Source: Vulcanimicrobiota bacterium (GTDB taxonomy: Bacteria > Vulcanimicrobiota > Xenobia > Xenobiales > JADMJV01). Taken from it: a stretch of 64,000 bases of DNA. Positions 1 to 10,095 of the stretch are shown here, one piece after another (within the stretch, counting starts at the first letter, position 1; every line of letters begins with the position of its first letter). Below the pieces are notes generated by a model. It was not told the DNA's origin. It worked only from the letters and a program-made list of their open reading frames with translations, and ran no database searches. A program made the position numbers and the translations under genes. Where the stretch lies: the NCBI GenBank assembly GCA_050250895.1, contig JBFWNU010000001.1, positions 2,660,891 through 2,724,890 of the forward strand, read 5' to 3'.

Positions 1-3000
1 TCAATCGACTCGTCCACCTCTCCATCCGGCATCGCTTCTTCGTGGTATTGTTGGCGGGATTACTGGCCATCGGTGGCCTCTACTCCGGCTTCACTCTGCC
101 TGTCGACGCCGTCCCGGACATTACCACCACCCAGGTGGTAGTCAATACGAGTGCCCCGGCCCTGGCTCCCGAAGAGATCGAGGCCCAACTGACGCGCAGG
201 CTCGAGCTGTTGCTTTCGGGCTTGCCCCACGTGATCGAAATGAGGAGCATCTCGCAGTTTGGGCTCTCGCAAATCACCCTGGTCTTCGAGGACGGTACCG
301 ACATCTATTTTGCCCGCCAACTGGTCGGCGAGCGGCTGGCCGAGGCGGACCAGCAGCTGCCGCCAGGCGCCTCCTCTCCCAGCCTGGCTCCGGTGGCCAC
401 CGGATTGGGCGAGATCTATTATGTCTTTGTCGAGAGCGAGAGCCTGTCGCTGATGGAGCGACGTTCGCTGCTGGACTGGAAGGTCAAACCACGCTTGCGC
501 ACGGTTCCGGGAGTGATCGAGGTCAACACCTTCGGCGGCCATGTCAAGCAGTATCAAGTGCTGGCCGATCCCTATCGCCTACAGGCCTATGGAGTGAGTC
601 TGGAACGCCTCGAACAGGCCCTGCGTCAGAACAACCAGAACGCGGGCGGCTCTTACGTTCACAAGGAGGACGAGCAGCAACTGGTGCAGGCCGTCGGCCT
701 GGTCGAGTCCCTCGACGACCTGCGCAACATCGTGCTGCTGTCCAATGACGGCGTCCCTGTGCTGGTAAAGGATGTGGCCACCGTGTCCTTCGGGGCCGCC
801 CCCCGCCAGGGCACCATCACCCGCAACGGTCAGGGCGAGGCAGTGGCAGCCATTGCGGTCATGCTGATGGGCGAGAACAGCCGCACCGTGACCGAGCGGG
901 TCAAGCAAAGAGTGGCCGAAATCCAGCACGAGATGCCTCCGGGAGTGAAGCTGGTAGGCTTTCTCGACCGCACGCGATTGGTCAACGAAACCCTGCATAC
1001 CGCCGGTGAGAACCTGCTCCACGGCGGGGTCCTGGTAGTGTTGGTCCTGTTTCTCTTCCTGCTGCAACTGCGAGCCGGTCTGATCGTGAGTTCCATCATC
1101 CCCATGGCCATGCTGTTCGCGCTGATCGGCATGAGATATCTGGGTATCTCGGCCAACTTGATGAGTCTCGGAGCCATCGACTTCGGCATCGTGGTCGACG
1201 CCGCCGTCATCATCGTCGAGAATTGCGTGCGCCGGTTGGCCGAGCGGCACCATCACCTGGGTCGCGCCCTCTCTTGCCAGGAGCGTCTGGCCGTCATTGA
1301 AGAGGGCGTGGTCGAAGTGCGCCAGGCCAGCCAGTTCGGGGAACTGATCATCATCGCCGCCTATCTGCCGGTCCTTAGTCTCACCGGGGTGGAAGGCAAA
1401 ATGTTTCGGCCCATGGGTATGACCGTGATCCTGGCTCTGCTGGGGGCGGTCTTGCTGTCGGCCACCCTGGTGCCGGCCCTGTGCGCCTACTTCCTCAGCG
1501 AGGATAGCGAGCGCGAGAACCCTTTCCTCGAGAAGCTAAGGCTGCACTATCGCAAGGCCCTTCACCGGGCAATCCCCAACCGGGCCACAGTATTGGGTGT
1601 GGCCCTGGGGACTTTTCTGCTGGCCTGTCTTGCCTTTCCCCACCTGGGGGCCGAGTTTTTGCCCAAGTTGGATGAAGGCGCCATCGCGATCAATCCGGGT
1701 TATCTTCCCGGCATCTCGGTGGAGACTGCCATCGAGCGAGCCACCCTGGTTGAGCAGTATCTGCTGGCCGAGTTTCCGGATGAGATCGACGAGATCGCCA
1801 CCCGCATCGGCCGGCCCGACATCGCCACCGATCCCATGCTACTTTCTCAGCACGACATCTTCATCTCGCTAGAACCCCGCCGCCGCTGGACTCGGGCCTC
1901 CTCTAAGGAAGAACTGGTGGGGGCCATCGAGGCCTCGCTGGTCAACGTCCCGGGAATGAAGATGTCTTTCACCCAGCCCATCGAGATGCGCATGAACGAA
2001 CTCTCCCAGGGGGTCGGCATCCGGGCCGACCTGGGGGTCAAGCTGTTCGGTCCCGACATGGCCATGCTCGGGCGCAAGGCTGTCGAGGTTGCCGACGTCA
2101 TGCGGGCCATCCCGGGAAATGCCGATGTCAGTGTCGAGACCATGGCTGGGCTGCCCACCCTCAAGATTCACACCCGTCGTCGCGATCTGGCCCGGTACGG
2201 TATCAATGTGGACGATGTCAATCAGGTAGTGGCTACCGCCATTGGTGGGGCGGTGGTGGGTCAGGTGCTCGAAGGTGAAGAGGTCTACGACATTTTTCTC
2301 CGCTACCAGGAGCCGTTCCGAAAGGACAAGGAGGCCATCGCGAAGATCCTGGTCGAGAGCAGCAGTGGCCAACTGGCTCCTTTATCGGCCCTGGCCACCA
2401 TCGAAAGCTCCGAAGGGCCGGTGCAGGTCAGCCGTGAGTCGGCCCAGCGCCGAGTGGTCGTTCAGGCCAACGTGCGCGGGCGCGACCTTGGCAGTTTCGT
2501 GGAAGAAGTCCAGCAAACGGTCGAGCAGAAGGTCAAGCTGCCCCCCGGCTATCACATCGAGTGGAGTGGCCAGTATGAGCATCTCCAGTCAGGCAGGGCC
2601 CGACTGGCCATCATCGTGCCCATCACGTTTTGCATTATCTTCCTCTTGCTCTACCTGACCTATGGTAACGCCTTCGATGCCCTAAGGGTGTTCACCGGCA
2701 TTCCCTTTGCCATTACCGGGGGGATCTTTGCACTATTTTTGCGGGGCATGCCCTTCTCCATGTCGGCGGGAGTGGGTTTCATCGCTCTCTCTGGCATTGC
2801 TGTGCTGGCCGACATGGTCATGGTTCAAACCATCCGCCTTTATCTCGATCAGGGGATAGCCCCGGGTCAGGCTATCGAGATGGCCGCCCTCAACCGGCTT
2901 CGGCCGGTATTGATGACGGCTGCCGTGGCCGCCATCGGTTTCCTTCCCATGGCCTTGTCGAGTGGCACCGGAGCCGAGGTCCAGAAGCCACTGGCCACGG

Positions 3001-3104
3001 TGGTCATCGGCGGCCTGATTAGCTCCACTCTGCTGACCCTGCTGGTGCTGCCCGCCCTCTACTCTTACCTTCAGGACCGAAAGGAGGCTCCTACCGTGGA
3101 CTGA
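1..3104 (+). CDS. czcA: CusA/CzcA-family heavy-metal efflux RND permease (5' end runs off the window)
   Basis: DAVPDIT, ANLMSLGAIDFGIVVDAAVIIVEN, EGKMFRPM and RLRPVLMTA motifs. The frame is open upstream of 42 (NRLVHLSIRHRFF). Confidence 0.93.
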   Translation, partial: NRLVHLSIRHRFFVVLLAGLLAIGGLYSGFTLPVDAVPDITTTQVVVNTSAPALAPEEIEAQLTRRLELLLSGLPHVIEMRSISQFGLSQITLVFEDGTDIYFARQLVGERLAEADQQLPPGASSPSLAPVATGLGEIYYVFVESESLSLMERRSLLDWKVKPRLRTVPGVIEVNTFGGHVKQYQVLADPYRLQAYGVSLERLEQALRQNNQNAGGSYVHKEDEQQLVQAVGLVESLDDLRNIVLLSNDGVPVLVKDVATVSFGAAPRQGTITRNGQGEAVAAIAVMLMGENSRTVTERVKQRVAEIQHEMPPGVKLVGFLDRTRLVNETLHTAGENLLHGGVLVVLVLFLFLLQLRAGLIVSSIIPMAMLFALIGMRYLGISANLMSLGAIDFGIVVDAAVIIVENCVRRLAERHHHLGRALSCQERLAVIEEGVVEVRQASQFGELIIIAAYLPVLSLTGVEGKMFRPMGMTVILALLGAVLLSATLVPALCAYFLSEDSERENPFLEKLRLHYRKALHRAIPNRATVLGVALGTFLLACLAFPHLGAEFLPKLDEGAIAINPGYLPGISVETAIERATLVEQYLLAEFPDEIDEIATRIGRPDIATDPMLLSQHDIFISLEPRRRWTRASSKEELVGAIEASLVNVPGMKMSFTQPIEMRMNELSQGVGIRADLGVKLFGPDMAMLGRKAVEVADVMRAIPGNADVSVETMAGLPTLKIHTRRRDLARYGINVDDVNQVVATAIGGAVVGQVLEGEEVYDIFLRYQEPFRKDKEAIAKILVESSSGQLAPLSALATIESSEGPVQVSRESAQRRVVVQANVRGRDLGSFVEEVQQTVEQKVKLPPGYHIEWSGQYEHLQSGRARLAIIVPITFCIIFLLLYLTYGNAFDALRVFTGIPFAITGGIFALFLRGMPFSMSAGVGFIALSGIAVLADMVMVQTIRLYLDQGIAPGQAIEMAALNRLRPVLMTAAVAAIGFLPMALSSGTGAEVQKPLATVVIGGLISSTLLTLLVLPALYSYLQDRKEAPTVD

Positions 3105-3150
3105 CAGCCAGGACGTCTCTTGCCCCAACCTAACTCGAAAAGGAGATCCC

Positions 3151-3468
3151 ATGAAAAAGACCATTTCCATTGTTCTCGTCGTGCTGGCAGCCCTGCTGTG
3201 CGGCTGCGCCAACAACCACCCCGAGCAACCCGTCGCCGACGCCACCATTCAGGCCAGTCCAACCGCTCGGGCCGCCTACGTCTATGACCTGGGCAGCAAG
3301 AAAAAAGGCGACATGGGCCTGTGCGTGATTTGTAGTGTCGACAAAGGCGAGGCGCACGAGGAGGCGGCGGCCGAAAGTATAGACTACGAAGGTAAGACCT
3401 ACCTCTTCTGCAACGAGCAAGAGAAGGCTACCTTCATCTCGGAGCCCTCGAAATACGCGGCCAAGTAA
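3151..3468 (+). CDS. YHS/TRASH-like metal-binding lipoprotein
   Basis: AAGGAG RBS, lipobox-like LLCGC, CxxC...DYEGKTYLFC. Confidence 0.7.
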   Translation: MKKTISIVLVVLAALLCGCANNHPEQPVADATIQASPTARAAYVYDLGSKKKGDMGLCVICSVDKGEAHEEAAAESIDYEGKTYLFCNEQEKATFISEPSKYAAK

Positions 3469-3470
3469 GC

Positions 3471-4721
3471 ATGAGCGGGAGAGTTGGTTGGAAGCTTCTG
3501 CTGCTGGTTTTCTGGCTGGCTTCTCCCGCTGGTGCTGACCCATTGTGGCCCGATGAGGCGGTCCGTCTGGCCTTGCAGATCGACCCGCGCCTGCAGCGCG
3601 AACGAGCCCTGGTGGAGGGGGCGCGGGCCTACAGCCAGGGAGCCGGCGCCCTGCCCAATCCCGTGTTGCAGCTTTCGGCCGTGGACGGAAGCTCACCGGA
3701 GGACAGCAACTCCTTGACCCAGACTCTCGAGATCGCCGGCCAGCCGTACCTGCGGGGCCAGGCCGCGGCCCGCGACCACCAGATCGCCCTGGCCGGCTTC
3801 GAGAAGACCCGGCGTGAGGTGATTCGCGAGGCGGCACGAGCCTACTATGACTACTGGGAAGCCCTGGCCGTGGCGCGACTGTATGCAGGCCAGCTCGACT
3901 TTGCCACCAGGCTGCAAGACATCGCCGAAAAACGTCTGGCCGCCGGCGAGATTTCGTCTCAGGAGAAGCTGCGCGTCGAGCAAAACCGCGCTGAGGTCGA
4001 GGTGGCCGTCGTGAGCATCAACGGCCAGCTGGCCGTGGCTCGGCGCCGGCTCGAGGCCATGTTGGCCGACCAATCCTTCAGGTTACCCTCGACCGAGGAG
4101 CCCGTTCCCGACGCCCCGGCCTTCGCCGGGCTCACCAGCGATCAGTTCCAAGAACTCGAATTGGGGCTGGTGACCCGCCCTGAACTCGTGGCCGCCCAGC
4201 GGGCCGCCGAGCGAGACGACTTCGCGGCCCGCCTGGCGGGGCGAGCGGGAGCCCCTGACTTGCAGGTCAGCGCCTACCGCTCCAGCCTCGGCAATCTGGC
4301 CAACCAGGGAATCCAGTTTTCGCTGGTCGTTCCCCTGTTTGACTGGGGACGAACCGGAGCCGAGGCGGCCCGTCGCAGAAAAGTGGCCGAGGCTCGGGTT
4401 TACGAGGTTTTCGCCGTCCGGCGTCAGGTCGGCCTGGAACTCTATTCGGCCTTTAATGCCTACCAGATAGCCCGACAAAAGCGCGACCTGACCCGTCAAC
4501 TGGCCGGCAACTATCTGCACTTCATGCAGGTCACGCACCAGGGCTACGCCATCGGGCTGCTCTCGTTCGTGGAAGTCTTCGACGCGCAGTCCGCCAATCT
4601 GCGTGGCTTTGAGTCATACCTCCGGGCTGAAGCCGAGTTCAGACGCGCCCAGGTCGAACTCTGGTGGGCCTCTGGTCTCGACTACGGGCCGAGCCGCGCC
4701 GACGAGGCGGCCGCGCTATGA
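3471..4721 (+). CDS. TolC/CzcC-family outer-membrane efflux protein
   Basis: Signal peptide, LPNP motif, SLVVPLFDWG, two helical OEP repeats, czcA context. Confidence 0.85.
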   Translation: MSGRVGWKLLLLVFWLASPAGADPLWPDEAVRLALQIDPRLQRERALVEGARAYSQGAGALPNPVLQLSAVDGSSPEDSNSLTQTLEIAGQPYLRGQAAARDHQIALAGFEKTRREVIREAARAYYDYWEALAVARLYAGQLDFATRLQDIAEKRLAAGEISSQEKLRVEQNRAEVEVAVVSINGQLAVARRRLEAMLADQSFRLPSTEEPVPDAPAFAGLTSDQFQELELGLVTRPELVAAQRAAERDDFAARLAGRAGAPDLQVSAYRSSLGNLANQGIQFSLVVPLFDWGRTGAEAARRRKVAEARVYEVFAVRRQVGLELYSAFNAYQIARQKRDLTRQLAGNYLHFMQVTHQGYAIGLLSFVEVFDAQSANLRGFESYLRAEAEFRRAQVELWWASGLDYGPSRADEAAAL

Positions 4722-4906
4722 ACTCTACGATCTGGTTCGTAAACCTACAATGTTCACCGGAAAGTGTCGGTTTCAAGGCTTTGAAGGTTGGTTTCGCTTG
4801 TTAAATGTCTGTATCAATCTTGTGATTGTGTCTAGATTTTAACATTCCTCCGTTAGAGTGTTCCCAGAGGCTCCGGAAGCAACCGGGCCCAAAGCAGGAG
4901 GAAACA

Positions 4907-5503
4907 ATGCAAGTCTCAGCTCTCAACCACACCAACGTAGTAAACCGGCCCTTCGAGTGGGCCGAGAATGTGTCTCTCGAGGCTCCGCCGGAGCAACCAC
5001 AAATGAGCCCCGAGCTGCGTAACTATTATCGAAACGCGGCTGACGATGTCCAATCCTTGCGGACCACTACCGCCCGCCCTCTGCCCATTCCCCAGCAGGT
5101 CATTCCCAACGGGGATTCCACCTGGAAAAGCAAGCCGGACTCGATGTTCTCGTTTCTGTGCGACGAGTGGACCTGGTCGGTGACCCGAACCGACGATCAG
5201 CTCCGCATGTTCTGTCCGGGCTGCGACCGGCAGGGCAACAATCAAGACAAGCAGATCGTCTTGCAGAACAACCCCGACGGTTCGACCACCCTCAAGATCC
5301 AGTTCGACGGTCAATGGCTGCCCGACGTCAAGGGGCGGGTCGAGCAGACTCGTAACGGCATGGTGTTCGTGGGCGAGAACGGCATGCGCATCGAGATGCG
5401 CAACACCCGCGACGGGTTCGATCTATCCTTCGACGGAATGGAAAAGCTGCCGGGCAAGTTGCCTAAGCTCAACGGCGAGACCATCAAGTTCCGGCGCGGC
5501 TAG
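4907..5503 (+). CDS. Hypothetical protein
   Basis: AGGAGG RBS before ATG 4907, typical codon bias, AT-rich upstream region. Confidence 0.75.
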   Translation: MQVSALNHTNVVNRPFEWAENVSLEAPPEQPQMSPELRNYYRNAADDVQSLRTTTARPLPIPQQVIPNGDSTWKSKPDSMFSFLCDEWTWSVTRTDDQLRMFCPGCDRQGNNQDKQIVLQNNPDGSTTLKIQFDGQWLPDVKGRVEQTRNGMVFVGENGMRIEMRNTRDGFDLSFDGMEKLPGKLPKLNGETIKFRRG

Positions 5504-5561
5504 CCGGAGGTTGTCTCGCTTTGGTCGTCGTGGTAGATTCGATGTAGATACGGAGGCGGGA

Positions 5562-5804
5562 TTGAAGACACAACTGGCAATGTGGGGCAATAGCCTGGCC
5601 GTTAGGATACCCAGGGCGCTAACCGAGGAACTCTCCCTGATGAAGGGTGTCGAGGTCGATCTTCAGGTCGAGGACGGGCGTCTCGTCGTCGTGCCGACCA
5701 GGCGGCCCCACTATGAACTGGGTGATCTGGTTCGCGAGATCACCGACGAGAATCGCCACCCGCAGCTCGACTGGGGCGAGGCGAGGGGGGAGGAGGCGTG
5801 GTGA
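5562..5804 (+). CDS. mazE: AbrB/MazE-family antitoxin
   Basis: WGNSLAVRIP and ITDENRH...DWG...GEEAW motifs. GGAGG precedes TTG 5562. Confidence 0.9.
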   Translation: MKTQLAMWGNSLAVRIPRALTEELSLMKGVEVDLQVEDGRLVVVPTRRPHYELGDLVREITDENRHPQLDWGEARGEEAW

Positions 5805-6011
5805 GTGGCTCTGTTTTGCCCCGTCACTTCACGGCGGAAAGGCTACCCTTTCGAGGTTCCCCTGCCGACTGGCGGGCCTGTAGCCGGGGTCGTGCTAGCC
5901 GACCAGGTTCGTTGTCTGGATTGGAGGGCGCGGCGCGCTGACCTGATTGCCACCGCCGAGGCATCTCTGGTGGAAGAGGTGGTGGCCCGCGTAGAGGCGC
6001 TGATCCGCTAG
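5798..6011 (+). pseudogene. mazF: N-terminally deleted MazF/PemK toxin
   Basis: Only the C-terminal half remains (ALFCPVTS..KGYPFEV, GVVLADQVRCLDWRARRA). GTGGTGAGT (MVS) at 5798 overlaps the mazE stop but is out of frame with the remainder. Confidence 0.75.
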
Positions 6012-8566
6012 TGGCCATCCCCCAGCAACCCGGGAAAAGACTTGACCAGGGCCGGCAGCCAGACTACCGCTGCCACCAGGTTGGCGCTCACCCCGACGGC
6101 CATCACAAAGCCCAGGGTAGCGATACCCAGGTGGTCGGCGGTCATCAGGGTGCCAAAGCCCAGCACGGTGGAAAGGGCTGACAGGGCCACCGCCGGCCCG
6201 GTGGAGTGGGCGAATAACGAGCCGCCCTCTTCGAGCAAGCGATGGACGACATGCACGCCAAACACCAGACCGATGCCCAACGTCAGCGGCAAAGCCATGC
6301 AGTTGGCGGCATTGAAGCGGACTCCGCTCAGGCCCATCGCGCCCAGCATCCAGATGACCCCCACCACCTTGGGAAAGAGGGCCAAAAGAGCCAGCCGCAG
6401 CGAGCGAAAGTGAAGCAGCAGCAACAGGCAGATGACGATCAGGGCGTTGCGGCCGGCTTCTTCATAGGCCGTGCGTAGCGCCTCGAGATAGTGATAGATC
6501 AACACCGGGCTGCCGGTCACGCCGGGGTCGACCTGGTGAAGTTGAGCGAGAAAGTCTTCCAGTTGTTCGCGCTGCCACAGGTCGTGGCGGGGTTGGATCC
6601 GCAAGAGCAGACGCCCTGAGCGGCCCAGGTAGCGAGCGCGCAGGGTGGTGGGGAGGTCTTCGAGGGTGAGGGGGCCGGCGGCCGTCTGAGCTTTGAGGCC
6701 CTCGAGGGAGTCGCGCAGATCCGAGAGCAGGTGGCCCTCGAACGCCTCGATGCTGTCTTGAATGGGGCCGGGACCCATCGGCTCGACCGCCTTCTCGATG
6801 CGCTCGAGGAGCTGGCGGCTGCGCTCGACCTCGGGCGAGTCGGGCAACCCTTCGAGGTTGCGGCGCAGGCCGGCTCGAGCTCGCTTGAACGAACGCTCGA
6901 GGCTGGTCAGCGAGGTGGTGGTGGGCTGGGGTAGGGGCAGGCTGGCGGCCACTTCGACCACCGCCTCTACCCGCTCTTGCTTGCCCTCCTCAGCGCGGGG
7001 CAGAAAGGGAGCCAGCGAGCTGGTGCTGAGTACCCCGGGCAGGCGCTCGAAACGCTCGCGCAGTTCATAGAGTTGGTCGAGGTCGTCGGCCACGGCCACG
7101 GCCCGCAGGCTGCACCACTCCAGCTGCCGTTCGACTCGGGCCGAGGTCGATTCCGGGCTCTGCATATTGAGCAGATTGTAGTCAAAGCTCACTCGAGGCA
7201 GCCAGACCAGGGCTAGCACCGTGACCACCAGGCAGAGCTTGTGGACCAGGCCGGGTTGCTCGGCTAGCCATTGCTCTCCCCGGGCCAGGTTGGTCCAGTG
7301 GAAGGAGGGAGCTTTTTTGTGGCCTTTTCGCTCGCCCAGGGTGAGCAGGGCCGGCAGGGCCACGACGATGATGGCAAAGCAGATGAGCACACCCAGACCG
7401 GCGATCAAGCCGAGTTCGCCCACGGCTCGAAACGAGGTGGGTAAGAGGGCGAAGAAGGCCACGGCGGTGGCCACAGCGCCGGTGAAGTTCTCGACCCCCG
7501 AGGTGGCCATGGTGGTCTCGAGGGCGGGCAGGGTGTCGAGCTTCTGGCGCTCTTCTTCATAGCGATAAAGGATGTGCACGCCGAAGTCGATTCCCAGCCC
7601 GACCAGGATCGAGACGAAATTGACGGTGATGAGATTGAGGTGCTCGACCGAGAGCGAAGCCACTCCGATCGAGATGGTGATGCCGGCCAGCAGGCTGAGA
7701 ATGGCCAGATTGGGGCGCCGAAACTCGCCGAAGGCAAAGGTGAACAGCAGGTTGCAACAGATGACCGACAGGATGGCTGAACGGATGGCGTCGCGGGTGG
7801 TGGTGGCGGCGTCTTCGGCTTCGAGCAGCGACTCGCCGGTGAGCGAACCCTGGATCTGGGTGCCTGAACAAACCCGGGTGATCAGTTCGTGACTGACTTT
7901 GGCAGCCGCCATCGGATCGTCGGTTTCGAACAGCAACAGATGGGTCGAGGGCAGGGTGAAATAGAACACCCGGGGCGGTCTGGGGTGTTCAAACGGGCTG
8001 CGGTAAGGGCTGCGCCCGCGCGACTCGAAGCTTTCGGCCAGTTGCTCGAGGATGCCGTTGAGCAGCGGCAGAGATTCTTCAAGGTCATGCGGCTTTTCCA
8101 GGTGGGCCAGGAGGCCGGCCAGACCCTGGTTGGAAAGGGCCGTCAGAAAAGGGCGGGCCCCGCGCAGTTCGTCGGCCAGCTCGTCGAGTTTGGGGTTGGA
8201 GAGAAAATACAGGCCACGCTCTTGGATCTGGGGCAACTCGACCCGGCCCAGCACCCGGTGAAAGAGCTCAGGGCGCTGCTGGAGCAACTGCTCGAGGCGG
8301 GTGATGGCCTCTTCGCGCTCGGCCTCACCGCCGCCCTGAAGAAGGATGACCAGGTCCCGGCTCTCGTCAAACTCCTGGCGAAAATCGCGAAAGAGAGCCT
8401 GGACGGGGTGGTCGGCCCGGAGCAGATTGGTGCGATCGCTCGAGAAAGACAGGTGGCCGGCCGCCAAGCAGCCAGCCAATCCCGTCAGCAGAGCCACTAC
8501 CAACAGGGCGATCCGAGGGGCCGTGTGGACCGCTCGGGTCAGCCCCACCAGCAGCCGCTCGATCAC
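6008..8566 (-). CDS. MMPL/RND-family transporter, HpnN-like
   Basis: LVGLGIDFGVHILYRYEEE, FDYNLLNMQ, LGIGLVFGVHVVHR, two TM bundles, GTGA overlap with the upstream desaturase. Confidence 0.85.
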   Translation of the reverse strand: MIERLLVGLTRAVHTAPRIALLVVALLTGLAGCLAAGHLSFSSDRTNLLRADHPVQALFRDFRQEFDESRDLVILLQGGGEAEREEAITRLEQLLQQRPELFHRVLGRVELPQIQERGLYFLSNPKLDELADELRGARPFLTALSNQGLAGLLAHLEKPHDLEESLPLLNGILEQLAESFESRGRSPYRSPFEHPRPPRVFYFTLPSTHLLLFETDDPMAAAKVSHELITRVCSGTQIQGSLTGESLLEAEDAATTTRDAIRSAILSVICCNLLFTFAFGEFRRPNLAILSLLAGITISIGVASLSVEHLNLITVNFVSILVGLGIDFGVHILYRYEEERQKLDTLPALETTMATSGVENFTGAVATAVAFFALLPTSFRAVGELGLIAGLGVLICFAIIVVALPALLTLGERKGHKKAPSFHWTNLARGEQWLAEQPGLVHKLCLVVTVLALVWLPRVSFDYNLLNMQSPESTSARVERQLEWCSLRAVAVADDLDQLYELRERFERLPGVLSTSSLAPFLPRAEEGKQERVEAVVEVAASLPLPQPTTTSLTSLERSFKRARAGLRRNLEGLPDSPEVERSRQLLERIEKAVEPMGPGPIQDSIEAFEGHLLSDLRDSLEGLKAQTAAGPLTLEDLPTTLRARYLGRSGRLLLRIQPRHDLWQREQLEDFLAQLHQVDPGVTGSPVLIYHYLEALRTAYEEAGRNALIVICLLLLLHFRSLRLALLALFPKVVGVIWMLGAMGLSGVRFNAANCMALPLTLGIGLVFGVHVVHRLLEEGGSLFAHSTGPAVALSALSTVLGFGTLMTADHLGIATLGFVMAVGVSANLVAAVVWLPALVKSFPGLLGDGH

Positions 8567-10095
8567 GACACGGCCGCGACCGCCGGTTCACCCTTCTCGA
8601 CAAAACCGTCCTGGTCGAGAGCGTCGGCGGCGATCCAGCCCGACATGGTCACCATCGGCATGCCCGGGCCCGGATGGGCAGCCCCACCGGCCAGATAGAG
8701 ACCTTTGAGCTCGCGGCGGTTGCCGGGCTTGAAGGCTCCGTTCATCTTGCCGTGGCTGGCCAGACCATAGATGGCGCCGTCGAGCACGGCGTAGCGATCG
8801 TGAATGTCCTGCGGGGTGAGATGGTGCTCGACCTTGATGCGACTCTCGAGGTCTTTCATGCCGGCCGTGCGCTCGAGCTTGTCGATGATGGTCTTGCGAT
8901 ACTCGGGCAGCATCTTGTTCCAGTCGTGGTGCTTGCGCAGATAAGGAGTGTGCACCAGCACATAGAGGGCGTCGCCACCGGCCGGAGCCACGCCCGGCTC
9001 GGTGATGGCCGGTGCGGCCAGATAACAGGTCGGGTCGGGAGCCGGTTCGCCCTTGTGATAGATGAAGTCGAACTCTTCCTCGGGGTCTTTCGAGAAGACG
9101 AAATCGTGGTGCGCCAGCTGCTCGTAACGCTGGTCGAGGCCCCAATAGAAGACCACCCCTGAACAGGCGGGCTCATACTCGCGCTTGCCTTCGAACTTTT
9201 TGGCCAGGTCGCCGCCCAGCAGTTCGCGATAGGTGCGCACCGAGTCCATGTTCGAGACCACCGCCGCTAGCTCGAGGGTCTCGCCTCCGGCCAGTTGCAC
9301 GCCGGTCACCTGACCCGAGTGGTGCAAAATCTTGTCGACCTTGACGCCGGTGCGGAACTCGACGCCCAGTTCGTCGGCCAGCTTCTTGAGGGCCACCGGC
9401 ACGGCCCGGGTGCCGCCCATGGGATACCAGACGCCCTCGGTGGTCTGCATGTGAGCGATACCGCAGAGCACGGCCGGAGCGGCTTCGGGCGAGGAGCCGA
9501 CGTATTGCACGAAGTGATCGAGCATCTGGGCCACTCGCTCGTCTTTGATAAACGAGCGCACCGTGCTCGAGACGGTCTGGCCCGGGCGCATCTGCAAGAA
9601 GTTCTTGAGCGAGGACAGGCTGGTGAAGTCGGAGGGCTCGATGATGTCCCAGACCGAGTCGACCGGACGCCAGAAGAAGTAGTTCTCGCTGAGCTTGTGC
9701 AAAGTCTCGGCCAGCACCAGAAACTTCTTGTAGCTGGCGGGGTCGGCTTTGTGGTGGCTGAAATCCTGCAGCGTTTTGGTCATCCCGTCGAGCGATTCGG
9801 TCAGATCGAGCACCGAGCCGTCGTCGAAGAACGAGCGCCACTGAGGGTCGAGGCGAACCAGGTCGAGGCGATCCTCCATCTTCAGTCCGGCCTCTTCGAA
9901 GACCCGTCGCAGCACCGACGGCAGGGTCAAGATGGTGGGCCCCATGTCGAACCGAAAGCCGTCTTTCTCCCAGACGGCCGCTTTGCCGCCCAGCCAATCG
10001 TTGCGCTCGAGCACCACCACGGAATAGCCCCGGGCGGCCAGCGTGCAGGCTGCGGATAGTCCGGCCAGGCCGGCTCCAATGACTCCTACTTTCAT
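8563..10095 (-). CDS. CrtI-family FAD oxidoreductase, probable CrtNb/CrtP diapolycopene oxygenase
   Basis: GAGLAGL FAD site, FRFDMGPTILT, GGAAHPGPGMPMV, position after crtN-ald. Confidence 0.8.
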   Translation of the reverse strand: MKVGVIGAGLAGLSAACTLAARGYSVVVLERNDWLGGKAAVWEKDGFRFDMGPTILTLPSVLRRVFEEAGLKMEDRLDLVRLDPQWRSFFDDGSVLDLTESLDGMTKTLQDFSHHKADPASYKKFLVLAETLHKLSENYFFWRPVDSVWDIIEPSDFTSLSSLKNFLQMRPGQTVSSTVRSFIKDERVAQMLDHFVQYVGSSPEAAPAVLCGIAHMQTTEGVWYPMGGTRAVPVALKKLADELGVEFRTGVKVDKILHHSGQVTGVQLAGGETLELAAVVSNMDSVRTYRELLGGDLAKKFEGKREYEPACSGVVFYWGLDQRYEQLAHHDFVFSKDPEEEFDFIYHKGEPAPDPTCYLAAPAITEPGVAPAGGDALYVLVHTPYLRKHHDWNKMLPEYRKTIIDKLERTAGMKDLESRIKVEHHLTPQDIHDRYAVLDGAIYGLASHGKMNGAFKPGNRRELKGLYLAGGAAHPGPGMPMVTMSGWIAADALDQDGFVEKGEPAVAAVS

